A DNA stretch of 64,000 bases from Candidatus Brocadiia bacterium. Its GTDB lineage: Bacteria; Planctomycetota; Brocadiia; CAIUPP01. The stretch spans positions 154,476 to 218,475 of the forward strand of contig JBEKCB010000004.1 of NCBI GenBank assembly GCA_050015075.1, written 5' to 3'. This document shows positions 39,649 to 48,167 of the stretch, piece after piece (the first letter of the stretch is position 1; each line of letters starts with the position of its first letter). A program made the position numbers and the translations under genes. Below the pieces are notes generated by a model that was not told where the DNA came from, made no database searches, and was given only the letters and a program-made list of their open reading frames with translations.

Positions 39649-40940
39649 GAAACGTAGATGTCGGCGTCCACTACGTCACGCGCATCGAAGGCCACGGCAA
39701 CATCCTGCTGAACGTGCGCGACGGCCGGATCGAGAAGCTGGAGTGGGAAATCCCGGAGGCCCCGCGCTTCTTCGAGGCGATGCTCCGCGGCCGCCGCTAC
39801 GACGAGGCGGCCGACCTTTCCTGCCGCATCTGCGGCATCTGCTCCTGCGGCCATCGGCTTGCCTCGCTCCAGGGAATGGAAGCGGCGCTCGGCGTGCAGC
39901 CCTCGGAGCAGACCGTGCTCCTGCGCAAGCTGCTCCTCATGGGCGAGGAGATCTCCAGCCACGTCCTGCACGTCTGCTTCCTCGTCGTGCCGGACCTCCT
40001 CGGCGTGCCGAGCGTCATCCCGCTCGCCGCGACGCATCCGGAAGTCGTCAAGAAGGCGCTCAAGCTGAAGAACCTCGGCAACGAGATCGGCCGAGCGATC
40101 GCCGGCCGGCACATCCACGCCCTCAGCGCGGTACTCAACGGCTTCACCAAGCTCCCGACCGAGCAGGAACTGCGCGACCTCAAGGCGTACATCCAGAGCT
40201 GCTGGGCCGACCTGCTGGCCGTCGCCGAGGTCTACGCCTCGCTCGCGGGCGCCCTGCCCAAGTTCAGGCGCGAGACGGAATACCTGGCGCTCCAGAGCCA
40301 GGACGATTACGCGTTCTACAACGGCGACATCGTCTCCAGCGACGCCCCGAAGCCCACGCCCGTCGCCAAGTATCGCAGCCGCGTCAAGGAACACATCGTG
40401 GACCATTCCAGCGCGAAGCACGCGCGCTCGAACCGCGAGGCGTACATGGTCGGCGCGCTCGCGCGCTTCAACTGCAACAGCGAGCAGCTCCACGACGAGG
40501 CCAAGCAGCTCGCCCGGAAGCTCGGCCTCACCGCGCCCTGCCACAACCCGTTCATGATCACCACCGCGCAGCTCGTCGAAACGGTGCACTGCGTCAAGGA
40601 AGCGCTGATCCTCTGCGACAAGCTGCTCGAGCGCGGCCTCAAGCAGGAAGAGCGCTCCGTGCCGATCCGCGCCGGCCTCGGCGTCGGAGCCGTCGAGGTC
40701 CCGCGCGGCACGCTCTACCACGAATACGCCGTGGACTCGAAAGGCATCATCACCGACGCGAACCTCGTCATCCCGACCGGGCAGAACCACGCGAACATCG
40801 AGCAGGACATGCTCGCGTTCGTCCCGCAGATCCTCGACAAATCGAAAGAGGAAATCACGCACCTGCTTGAGATGCTCGTCCGCGCCTACGACCCGTGCGT
40901 CTCCTGTTCGACGCACCTGTTGAACGTCGAATTCGCCTGA
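39645..40940 (+). CDS. [NiFe]-hydrogenase large (alpha) subunit, group 3b-like
   Basis: TRIEGHG, L1 RICGICSCGH, EVPRG, L2 DPCVSCSTH with a short C-terminal extension; ATGA overlap with the small subunit. Confidence 0.93.
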   Translation: MRNVDVGVHYVTRIEGHGNILLNVRDGRIEKLEWEIPEAPRFFEAMLRGRRYDEAADLSCRICGICSCGHRLASLQGMEAALGVQPSEQTVLLRKLLLMGEEISSHVLHVCFLVVPDLLGVPSVIPLAATHPEVVKKALKLKNLGNEIGRAIAGRHIHALSAVLNGFTKLPTEQELRDLKAYIQSCWADLLAVAEVYASLAGALPKFRRETEYLALQSQDDYAFYNGDIVSSDAPKPTPVAKYRSRVKEHIVDHSSAKHARSNREAYMVGALARFNCNSEQLHDEAKQLARKLGLTAPCHNPFMITTAQLVETVHCVKEALILCDKLLERGLKQEERSVPIRAGLGVGAVEVPRGTLYHEYAVDSKGIITDANLVIPTGQNHANIEQDMLAFVPQILDKSKEEITHLLEMLVRAYDPCVSCSTHLLNVEFA

Positions 40941-41029
40941 TGGTCGCCTATCAGGTTTTATTGGCGGGAGAGTCTGTCCGCCGGGTACGTTCCAAACTGA
41001 TCGCATGCATGGTTGGTTACCGGTGAAAA

Positions 41030-42538
41030 GTGACTAACTACCCACTGTTTGACCTCGGCCTACCTCACGAGTTGATCGCCGACTTGGCGCGGCAGAATCC
41101 GTGGTGGGAGAATAAGCCGCTACCGATGGTTCCGGCTTTCCATCGCTGGCCGTTCGACAAGCTCCGCCAAAGACTTGACCAACCGATTGCCTCCATCGCA
41201 GTGGTTCGTGGACCACGGCAGATAGGCAAGACAACCCTTCAGATGCAGTTGATCCAATCCCTGCTCGACGACGGAAAGATAGCGCCGCAGCGAATACTCC
41301 GAGTTCAGTTCGACGAACTCCCGGCGTTGACTGCCGCCAAGTTGCGAGAACCCATTTTGCGTATAGCTGATTGGTTTGAAAGAGCGGTGCTGAGGTCCAC
41401 GCTGAACGAAAGCGCTCATCGGCAAGAGCCTGGGTTCCTCTTTTTTGACGAGGTGCAGAATCTCCCAGGTTGGGACGCACAGCTCAAGTCTTTGGTTGAT
41501 CATACTACTGTTCGAGTCATGGTCACCGGCAGTTCTGCCTTGCGTATAGAGATGGGGCGCGACAGCTTGGCTGGCCGCATCCATTCGCTGGAAGTCGGGC
41601 CTCTCCGTTTGACTGAGATTGCAGCCTTACGCGGCTTTGGACAACTGAGGGCCCTGCAGGCGGATAATGGCTCGCAGGATTGGCTGAAAGCTGATTTCTG
41701 GCGGGCATTGACCGAACACGCCCATTCTCAAGCAGCTGTGCTCACGGGCGCTTTCGCCGCCTTTTCTCAGCGCGGCGCGTATCCGCTCGCGCAAAAGATA
41801 GCAGACGTTCCCTGGGAGGACATCGCCGCACAACTTAATGAGACAGTTGTCAAACGCGTCATTGAGCATGACCTTCGCGTCGGCGAACGTGGTCGGAAGC
41901 GCGACCGCCAACTGCTTGAAGAAGTGTTCCGTATGGGCTGCCGTTATATCGGCCAAAGCCCGAATCCCGCCACTCTGGCATCAGAAGCACAGAGAACGCT
42001 CAGCGGCAATGTGGGTCCTCAGCGCATTCGACACTACTTGGATTTCCTCGACAGCAGCCTCTTGTTGAGAACCATCAGTCCCTTGGAGATACGGCTGAAG
42101 AAGCGGCATGGCTACAGCAAGCTATGCCTGTGCGATCACGCGATCAGAGCCGCGTGGTTACAGGAGGTCGTTCCACTTGAAATCGGAGCGTTGGATCGCT
42201 CGCCGCATCTGAGCGACCTTGCTGGGCGCATTGCCGACAGCACTGTCGGATATTTCTTCGCGTCCCTGACCGGTCTTTCTGTCGCACATCTGCCGGAACG
42301 GCGGGGAGATCCGGAAGTGGACTTCATCCTCACTATCGGAGACAGGCGCATACCGGTCGAGGTCAAATATCGCAGAGTCCTCGACGACTTAAGCGACACT
42401 GTAGGCCTCCGAACTTTCATTGAGAAAGCAGCCAACAACGCGCCCTTTGGGCTGCTGGTCACGCGCGGTGATGCTCCACCAGTCCCCGACCCCCGCATTA
42501 TCACAGTTTCCTTGCCTGCCCTGCTCATTGTCCGCTAA
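41030..42538 (+). CDS. AAA+ ATPase (AAA_14/DUF4143-like) with C-terminal PD-(D/E)XK-like motif
   Basis: GPRQIGKTT, FFDEVQ, VTGSSA, SLAGR, EVDF...PVEVK; lower GC. Confidence 0.85.
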   Translation: MTNYPLFDLGLPHELIADLARQNPWWENKPLPMVPAFHRWPFDKLRQRLDQPIASIAVVRGPRQIGKTTLQMQLIQSLLDDGKIAPQRILRVQFDELPALTAAKLREPILRIADWFERAVLRSTLNESAHRQEPGFLFFDEVQNLPGWDAQLKSLVDHTTVRVMVTGSSALRIEMGRDSLAGRIHSLEVGPLRLTEIAALRGFGQLRALQADNGSQDWLKADFWRALTEHAHSQAAVLTGAFAAFSQRGAYPLAQKIADVPWEDIAAQLNETVVKRVIEHDLRVGERGRKRDRQLLEEVFRMGCRYIGQSPNPATLASEAQRTLSGNVGPQRIRHYLDFLDSSLLLRTISPLEIRLKKRHGYSKLCLCDHAIRAAWLQEVVPLEIGALDRSPHLSDLAGRIADSTVGYFFASLTGLSVAHLPERRGDPEVDFILTIGDRRIPVEVKYRRVLDDLSDTVGLRTFIEKAANNAPFGLLVTRGDAPPVPDPRIITVSLPALLIVR

Positions 42539-42554
42539 GGGCATTCAAATAAAC

Positions 42555-42583
42555 TTGCACTCCGGCGAATTTCGCCGTATAAT
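42555..42583 (+). promoter_or_regulatory. Strong sigma70-type promoter with palindromic spacer
   Basis: TTGCAC-17 bp-TATAAT; spacer contains CGGCGAATTTCGCCG. Confidence 0.7.
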
Positions 42584-42589
42584 AATTCG

Positions 42590-42872
42590 AAACGTCCCCG
42601 AACGAACCGCGGGGATGCGGGTCGCGCAGTCGTGCGCGACGGGTCCTCGTTTGAGCGAACTTCCGCTCAGGCCAGGAGCAAAAGGCCTCGACCTTCCGGA
42701 ACGGTTCGCCGGATACGTGTCGGGCAGCCTTTTGTGGAAAGGAGGTGGTCCAGCAGTGTGCCATAGACCTAGGAGGCCGCTGACGTAAGCCGGCCGACGG
42801 GCCCGCTTCGTCGGCGGCCCCGATAAGTGTGCCGGGCCGGTCCTCATCGCGAGGATCGGCCCGGTTGCTTTT
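42590..42872 (+). ncRNA. Candidate structured small RNA (unknown family) with extended Shine-Dalgarno and 10-codon ORF
   Basis: Bounded by a promoter and a terminator; chain of hairpins; AAAGGAGGTGGTCCAGC at 42738-42754; ORF 42756-42788 MCHRPRRPLT. Confidence 0.55.
42831..42872 (+). terminator. Intrinsic terminator-like hairpin
   Basis: GCCGGGCCGGTCCTC-ATCGC-GAGGATCGGCCCGGT-TGCTTTT. Confidence 0.65.
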
Positions 42873-42909
42873 AACCGCCAAGAGGCGCAAGAATTCGCTG
42901 GACAGTCGT

Positions 42910-44136
42910 TCAGGCCAGACTGCGCGTGGCGGCGGAGATGAATTCCTCCGTGGTGACCCAGCTTTCGCGCGGCGGGTCGGCGGTCTCGTGGACCAGGCGC
43001 GCCAGGTCGCGGGTCATTACGCCGGACTCGATGGCGCCGAGGACGGCATGTTCCAAGGCTGCTGCGAAGGCGGAAAGCTCCGGCGTCTGGTCCAGCTCGC
43101 CGCGTTTCCGCAGCGCGCCGGTCCACGCGAAGATCGTGGCGACCGAGTTCGTGCTCGTCGGCTTCCCGGCCAGGTGGTCCTGGTAGTGCCGCGCGACGGT
43201 GCCGTGCGCCGCCTCGAACTCGTACTGGCCGTCCGGGCTGACCAGTTCCGACGTCATCATCCCGAGCGACCCGAACCCCGCCGCGACCATGTCGCTCAGC
43301 ACGTCGCCGTCGTAATTCATCAGCGCCCAGAGGATGCCGCCCTCGTGCTTCATCATCTGCGCCACCGCGTCGTCAATCAGCAGGTACCGGTACGCGATCC
43401 CGGCGGCGGCCATCTCGTCTTTCCGCCGCGCGACCTCCTCGGCGAAGACTTGCTTGAAGAAGGTGTGGTACGTCTTGCTGATCGTGTCCTTCGACGAGAA
43501 CCAGATATTGATTTTCTCGTCGAGTGCGTAGCGCAGGCACGCGCGCGCGAACGAGCGGACCGACTTCTCCGTGTTGTGCATCGCCATGACCACGCCCGGC
43601 CCTTTGAACTCATGCACGAGATGCCGCGTCGGCTCGCCGGAGACGGGCCCGCCCTGAGCCTGTCGAATGGGAGTGAAGACGATCTCGGCTCGGCCCGGGC
43701 CGTGGACTTCGATCTCGGCTGCCTTATAGATATCGCCGTACGCATGGCGGCCGATGACGATCGGCTTGCGCCAGCTTCGCACGGCCACGGGCACGTTCGA
43801 GGCCAGGATCGGCTTGCGGAAGACGGTGCCATCGAGCTCGCCGCGGATCGTGCCGTTCGGGCTCGGCCAGGCCTTCTTGAGGCCGAACTCCTTCACCTGC
43901 GCGATGCTCGGCGTGATGGTGGCGCACTTGACGCCGACGCCCTGCCGCCGGATCGCCGCCGCCGCGTCGTGCGTCACCCGGTCGTCCGTCCGGTTGCGGT
44001 TCTCGAGGCCGAGGTCGTAGTATTCCAGCTTCACATCCACGAACGGCAGGATGAGTTTATCCTTGACCAGCCGCCAGATCACGCGCGTCATCTGGTCGCC
44101 GTCCATCTCGACGATGATGCCCTTGGAATGAATCAC
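42910..44136 (-). CDS. icd: NADP-dependent isocitrate dehydrogenase (type II)
   Basis: [44 protein letters not shown]. Confidence 0.95.
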   Translation of the reverse strand: MIHSKGIIVEMDGDQMTRVIWRLVKDKLILPFVDVKLEYYDLGLENRNRTDDRVTHDAAAAIRRQGVGVKCATITPSIAQVKEFGLKKAWPSPNGTIRGELDGTVFRKPILASNVPVAVRSWRKPIVIGRHAYGDIYKAAEIEVHGPGRAEIVFTPIRQAQGGPVSGEPTRHLVHEFKGPGVVMAMHNTEKSVRSFARACLRYALDEKINIWFSSKDTISKTYHTFFKQVFAEEVARRKDEMAAAGIAYRYLLIDDAVAQMMKHEGGILWALMNYDGDVLSDMVAAGFGSLGMMTSELVSPDGQYEFEAAHGTVARHYQDHLAGKPTSTNSVATIFAWTGALRKRGELDQTPELSAFAAALEHAVLGAIESGVMTRDLARLVHETADPPRESWVTTEEFISAATRSLA

Positions 44137-44305
44137 GGTGTTCCTCCACCTTTCATCGTAATCGTCCTCGTCCTCGTCCTCGATTCGTCGTCCGTTAAAC
44201 CGCGGCAGTATATCACGCCGCGCGCGCCTTGCACCAGCCCGACGTGCCGTGTATGATGTCCCTCGCGATCAGGCTGAGAGGGACTTCCGCCGGAGGGCCG
44301 GCAGC

Positions 44306-44719
44306 ATGGTGTGTCCGGTCTGCAACAAGGACATGCTCGTCCTCGAGTTCGAGCTGGTGGAGATTGACCACTGCGCCGAATGCGGCGGAGTGTGGCTCGA
44401 CAGCGGCGAGATCGCGCTCATCGGCCAGCGCGCCGGCGCGCTGCACGGCGACCTGCTGGCCGCGCTGGAGAGCGAGCCGGGCGAGCCGGACAAGGCGCGG
44501 CCGAAGCGCCGCTGCCCGGTTTGCCGCAAGCGCCTGCTCCGCGCGCGCAGCCAGACTCGCAATATCCAGGTTGAGAAATGCCCCAGCGGCGACGGCCTCT
44601 GGTTCGAAGCCGATTCGCTTCAGACCGTCGTTCAAGCCGCAGGCGTGGACAGCGGAAATGTTTTCGTTCGGTTCCTCGCGGACCTCGCCGCGCGGAGAGG
44701 AAGCGCGAAGTCAAAGTGA
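44306..44719 (+). CDS. Double zinc-ribbon (zf-TFIIB-like) protein
   Basis: CPVC...EIDHCAECGGVWLDSGE and CPVC...EKCP.GDGLWFE. Confidence 0.8.
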   Translation: MVCPVCNKDMLVLEFELVEIDHCAECGGVWLDSGEIALIGQRAGALHGDLLAALESEPGEPDKARPKRRCPVCRKRLLRARSQTRNIQVEKCPSGDGLWFEADSLQTVVQAAGVDSGNVFVRFLADLAARRGSAKSK

Positions 44720-44783
44720 TGAGCGATGAAGGCTTTCGTCGCTCGTTGTTCGGCATTCCCGGTTTCTGAGAGGAGGATCGGAT

Positions 44784-45368
44784 ATGACGGCTCTCCTGAT
44801 CGCACTGGTCGTGATCGTTGTGCTGATCATCGGGATCGCGCTCTGGCTGGTCGGGATGTACAACGGCCTCGTCACGTTTCGCAACGAGGTGAAGAACGCG
44901 TGGGCGCAGATTGACGTGCAGCTCAAGCGCCGGCACGACCTGATCCCGAACCTGGTCGAGACCGCGCGCGGATACATGCAGCACGAACGCGGGACGCTCG
45001 AGGCGGTGACGCAGGCGCGGAACGTCGCGCAGGCGGCGCGTTCGTCCGCCGGCGGAGCGGCATCGCCCGAGGCGGCCAAAGCCGAGCAGGCCCTCACCAC
45101 CGCGCTGGGGCAGTTCCTCGTGACCGTCGAGCGCTACCCCGACCTGAAGGCGAACCAGAACTTCCTGGCGCTCCAGGAGGAACTGGCCTCGACCGAGAAC
45201 AAGATCGGGTTCGCGCGCCAGTTCTACAACGACCAGGTGATGCAGTACAACACGCGGATCCAGAGCGTTCCGTCAAACGTGATCGCCGGGATGTTCCACT
45301 TCGAGCCGATGGACCTCTTCGAGTTGAAGGCCGAAGAGGAACGCGCGGTGCCGGTGGTGAAGTTTTAA
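44784..45368 (+). CDS. lemA: LemA family protein
   Basis: YNGLV, AWAQIDVQLKRRHDLIPNLVE, ERYPDLKANQNF, TENKIGFARQFYN. Confidence 0.95.
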   Translation: MTALLIALVVIVVLIIGIALWLVGMYNGLVTFRNEVKNAWAQIDVQLKRRHDLIPNLVETARGYMQHERGTLEAVTQARNVAQAARSSAGGAASPEAAKAEQALTTALGQFLVTVERYPDLKANQNFLALQEELASTENKIGFARQFYNDQVMQYNTRIQSVPSNVIAGMFHFEPMDLFELKAEEERAVPVVKF

Positions 45369-45380
45369 ACGGCTGGACGG

Positions 45381-45445
45381 CAGACGATGGACGATAGACG
45401 TGGGCGCATGGTCGTCCCTCCATCGTCAATCGTCAATCGTCCATC
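45381..45445. repeat. Inverted heptamer (GACGATR) array
   Basis: AGACGATGGACGATAGACG ... CCATCGTCAATCGTCAATCGTCCATC. Confidence 0.7.
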
Positions 45446-45470
45446 CTCACTCGTCAACGGTCCCTAATCC

Positions 45471-46667
45471 ATGTGGGAACAAATCCGCGCCAACCGGCGA
45501 CGTTCGGTCATAATGATCACGGTCATCGCCGCAATCCTGCTGGGGCTCGGCTACGTGATCGGGCTGTACTTTGATCCGCAATCGGGCCCCTGGTTCGGCC
45601 TCGTGGTCGCCGTGGCCGTGCTGGTGGTGCTCTGGACGGTCGCGGTCGTCGGCGGCGACGACATTCTCCTCGGCAGCGCCAACGCGCGAGAGGTCCAGAA
45701 GGCCGACGCCGCCCAGCTCTTCAACATCGTCGAGGAAATGACCATCGCCTCGGGCCTGCCGAAGATGCCGCGCATCTACATCATTGATACCGACGCGCCC
45801 AACGCCTTCTCGGTGGGCACCCCGGAAAAGTCCGTCGTCGCCGTGACCTCGGGGCTGCTGATGCACCTCAACCGCGATGAACTCCAGGGCGTGATCGGCC
45901 ACGAGATCGGCCACATCCGCAACGAGGACACGCGCTTCATGACGCTCGCCGGCGTGATGATGGGCGCGATCATCCTGATCTCGTATATGTTCAGCCGGCT
46001 CACGTTTTATTCCGGCCCGGGCCAGCGGCGGTCGTCGTCGCGCGGCGCCGGCAACGCGCAGGTCATCATCTTTCTTGTCGCGATCCTGTTCGTCATTCTC
46101 GCGCCGATCGCGGCGCAGCTTTTCTACTTCGCCTGCTCGCGCCGCCGCGAGTACATGGCGGACGCGAGTTCCGCCACGTTCACGCGCTACCCGGAAGGGC
46201 TCGCCTCCGCGCTCGAGAAGATCGAGCGCAGCGCCGGCCTGATGAGCGACGTCAATCGCGCCGTGGCGCCGATGTACGTAATCAACCCGCTCGAGGCCTC
46301 GGGGACTTCCGGCCTCTTCAGCACGCATCCGCCGACGGCGGACCGCGTCCGCATCCTGCGCTCGATGGCCGGCGCCGGGCTGGGCGCTTACGAGAAGGCC
46401 TACTCCAGCGTGCAAGGCGCAGGACTGCTCGGCAGTGCGACGCTCTCGCAGGCGGCCGAAGTCCAGGCCCGCGCGCCGAGCGCCGAGGCGGAGAAGGAGC
46501 CGCTCCAGAAGGCGCGCGAGGCGGTGGATCTGCTCCACCAGGCGAACGGGTTCATCTTCGTCCCCTGCGCCTGCGGCGTGAAGATCAAGGTGCCGCCGAG
46601 CTATGCCGGGGAGACGGTCCGCTGCCCGCGCTGCGGCGCGGAAGATCCCGTGCCGCCAGCCACGTGA
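45471..46667 (+). CDS. htpX: M48 zinc metalloprotease HtpX-like with C-terminal zinc ribbon
   Basis: PNAF, HEIGH, SRRREYMAD, STHPP; C-terminal CACG...CPRCG. Confidence 0.88.
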   Translation: MWEQIRANRRRSVIMITVIAAILLGLGYVIGLYFDPQSGPWFGLVVAVAVLVVLWTVAVVGGDDILLGSANAREVQKADAAQLFNIVEEMTIASGLPKMPRIYIIDTDAPNAFSVGTPEKSVVAVTSGLLMHLNRDELQGVIGHEIGHIRNEDTRFMTLAGVMMGAIILISYMFSRLTFYSGPGQRRSSSRGAGNAQVIIFLVAILFVILAPIAAQLFYFACSRRREYMADASSATFTRYPEGLASALEKIERSAGLMSDVNRAVAPMYVINPLEASGTSGLFSTHPPTADRVRILRSMAGAGLGAYEKAYSSVQGAGLLGSATLSQAAEVQARAPSAEAEKEPLQKAREAVDLLHQANGFIFVPCACGVKIKVPPSYAGETVRCPRCGAEDPVPPAT

Positions 46668-46748
46668 TTACGGGAAACTCCACAAACAAAGTTCAACCAC
46701 TGCGTCACCACGGGCACAACGAACTTCAACACAACGGATCGTCATACA

Positions 46749-46841
46749 TTCACCACGACGAGACGACGGGCACGACGAGCACTTACACAACGGTATGCTG
46801 TAACAGTAGTTCCGTCGTGATCGTCGTGTCGTCGTGGTGAA
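46749..46841. repeat. Palindromic element with three-unit arms
   Basis: TTCACCACGACGAGACGACGGGCACGACG ... CGTCGTGATCGTCGTGTCGTCGTGGTGAA. Confidence 0.75.
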
Positions 46842-46961
46842 ATCTGGTGTTGTCGTGGTCGAAGAGCGGATTCCGTGTCTCCACGAATGACAAAGCCGCC
46901 GAAATATGGTAAAAGCGTGGTTCGTTCCTGACGACCTTGAACTCAATCAGGAGACCGCCTG

Positions 46962-47915
46962 ATGAAGAAGAAATGGGCCGTGCTCTGCGCGACCGACGTC
47001 TCGGTATTCCCGGAAGTGCTCGATCCTCTTAAGGACGTCGCCAAGGTCACGATCTGCAAGCCCGGCCACGACGCGCTGCTGCGCGAGATTCGCAACGCGG
47101 ATGCGTTCATCGCCAGCCTGCACGTCCGCCTGGACGCCGAGGCAATCGCCGAAGCGAAAAAACTCCGCGTCATCGCCACCCCTTCAACCCGAGTGGATCA
47201 CCTGGACCTGAAGGCCGCCGACGCGCGCGGGATTACGCTGCTCAGCCTCAAGTACGACCGGGAGTTCCTGGACACCGTCACAGCGACCGCGGAGTTCGCC
47301 TGGGCGCTGATGCTCGCCTGCCTCCGCCGGATTCCGTGGGCCTTCGACGCCGTCAAGCGCGGCGAATGGGCGCGCGACAAGTTCCGCGGCCACCAGCTTT
47401 CCGGCAAGACCTTCGGCATTCTCGGCTACGGCCGCCTCGGCGCGATGGTCGGCGAATACGCGCGCGCGTTCCGCATGCGCGTGCTCGCGCACGACTTCAA
47501 GGACTTCCAGGCCGAAGGGATCGAGCGCGTGGACAAGCAGACGCTCTTCCGTGAATCCGACGTGATCTCGCTCCACGTGCCCCTGACCCCGGAGACCACG
47601 AACCTGGTGGACCGCAAGGAGTTCGCGCTGATGAAGCCCGGCGCGATCATCGTCAACACCTCGCGCGGCGCGATCATCAACCAGGAAGCGCTGCTCGAGG
47701 CGATCAAGACCGGGCGCATCGCCGGCGCCGGGCTCGACGTGATCCACTGGGAATGGCCGGACGTCAAGCGCAATCCGCTGATGGTGTACGCGCGCTCGCA
47801 CGAGAACCTCATCATCGTGCCGCACCTCGGCGACATCACCTACGAGTCCCAGGCGATGAGCCTGCATCACATCGCCGAGAAACTCAGGGACTTCATCAGC
47901 GCGGACAAAGAATGA
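46962..47915 (+). CDS. D-isomer-specific 2-hydroxyacid dehydrogenase
   Basis: GYGRLG, LHVPL, NTSRG, GLDV, PHLG. Confidence 0.9.
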   Translation: MKKKWAVLCATDVSVFPEVLDPLKDVAKVTICKPGHDALLREIRNADAFIASLHVRLDAEAIAEAKKLRVIATPSTRVDHLDLKAADARGITLLSLKYDREFLDTVTATAEFAWALMLACLRRIPWAFDAVKRGEWARDKFRGHQLSGKTFGILGYGRLGAMVGEYARAFRMRVLAHDFKDFQAEGIERVDKQTLFRESDVISLHVPLTPETTNLVDRKEFALMKPGAIIVNTSRGAIINQEALLEAIKTGRIAGAGLDVIHWEWPDVKRNPLMVYARSHENLIIVPHLGDITYESQAMSLHHIAEKLRDFISADKE

Positions 47916-48050
47916 AAAGCTGTCCGCCGCCCGCGCGTTCCGTCGCGAACCGCTCCCGATCCGCTGAACAACTATTGTCCTGTGCGGCATCCCGGGGAAA
48001 AAATGCATAGCGTCGGGTCATTCCGAGCGGAGTGAGGAAGCTCATATGCC

Positions 48051-48107
48051 GCTTGTAGTGGCGCCGTCAGGCGCTACCTCGTATGCCCTGACGGGCACAC
48101 TGCGAGC
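48051..48107 (+). repeat. GTAG-type REP doublet, copy 3
   Basis: GCTTGTAGTGGCGCCGTCAGGCGCTACCTCGTATGCCCTGACGGGCACACTGCGAGC. Confidence 0.85.
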
Positions 48108-48167
48108 AGCCTGACACGAGCCGGACTTATGCGTCTCATCTGGAGGACAGTACATTAGGGATAGCCC

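Noticed and set aside
36997-40940. Selenocysteine recoding or anaerobic sulfite reductase
   Set aside because: All metal-ligand positions are Cys with no in-frame TGA; the AsrA/B-like genes are followed by NiFe subunits, not AsrC.
42590-42872. Identity of the candidate RNA as tmRNA, RNase P, SRP, 6S, or a 16S rRNA fragment
   Set aside because: No tRNA-like GGGG...CCA ends, no GAGGAAAGUCC, no SRP GGAA-GCAGC loop and no single long rod were seen; similarity to the 16S reverse complement stops after ~18 nt. Judged by eye only.
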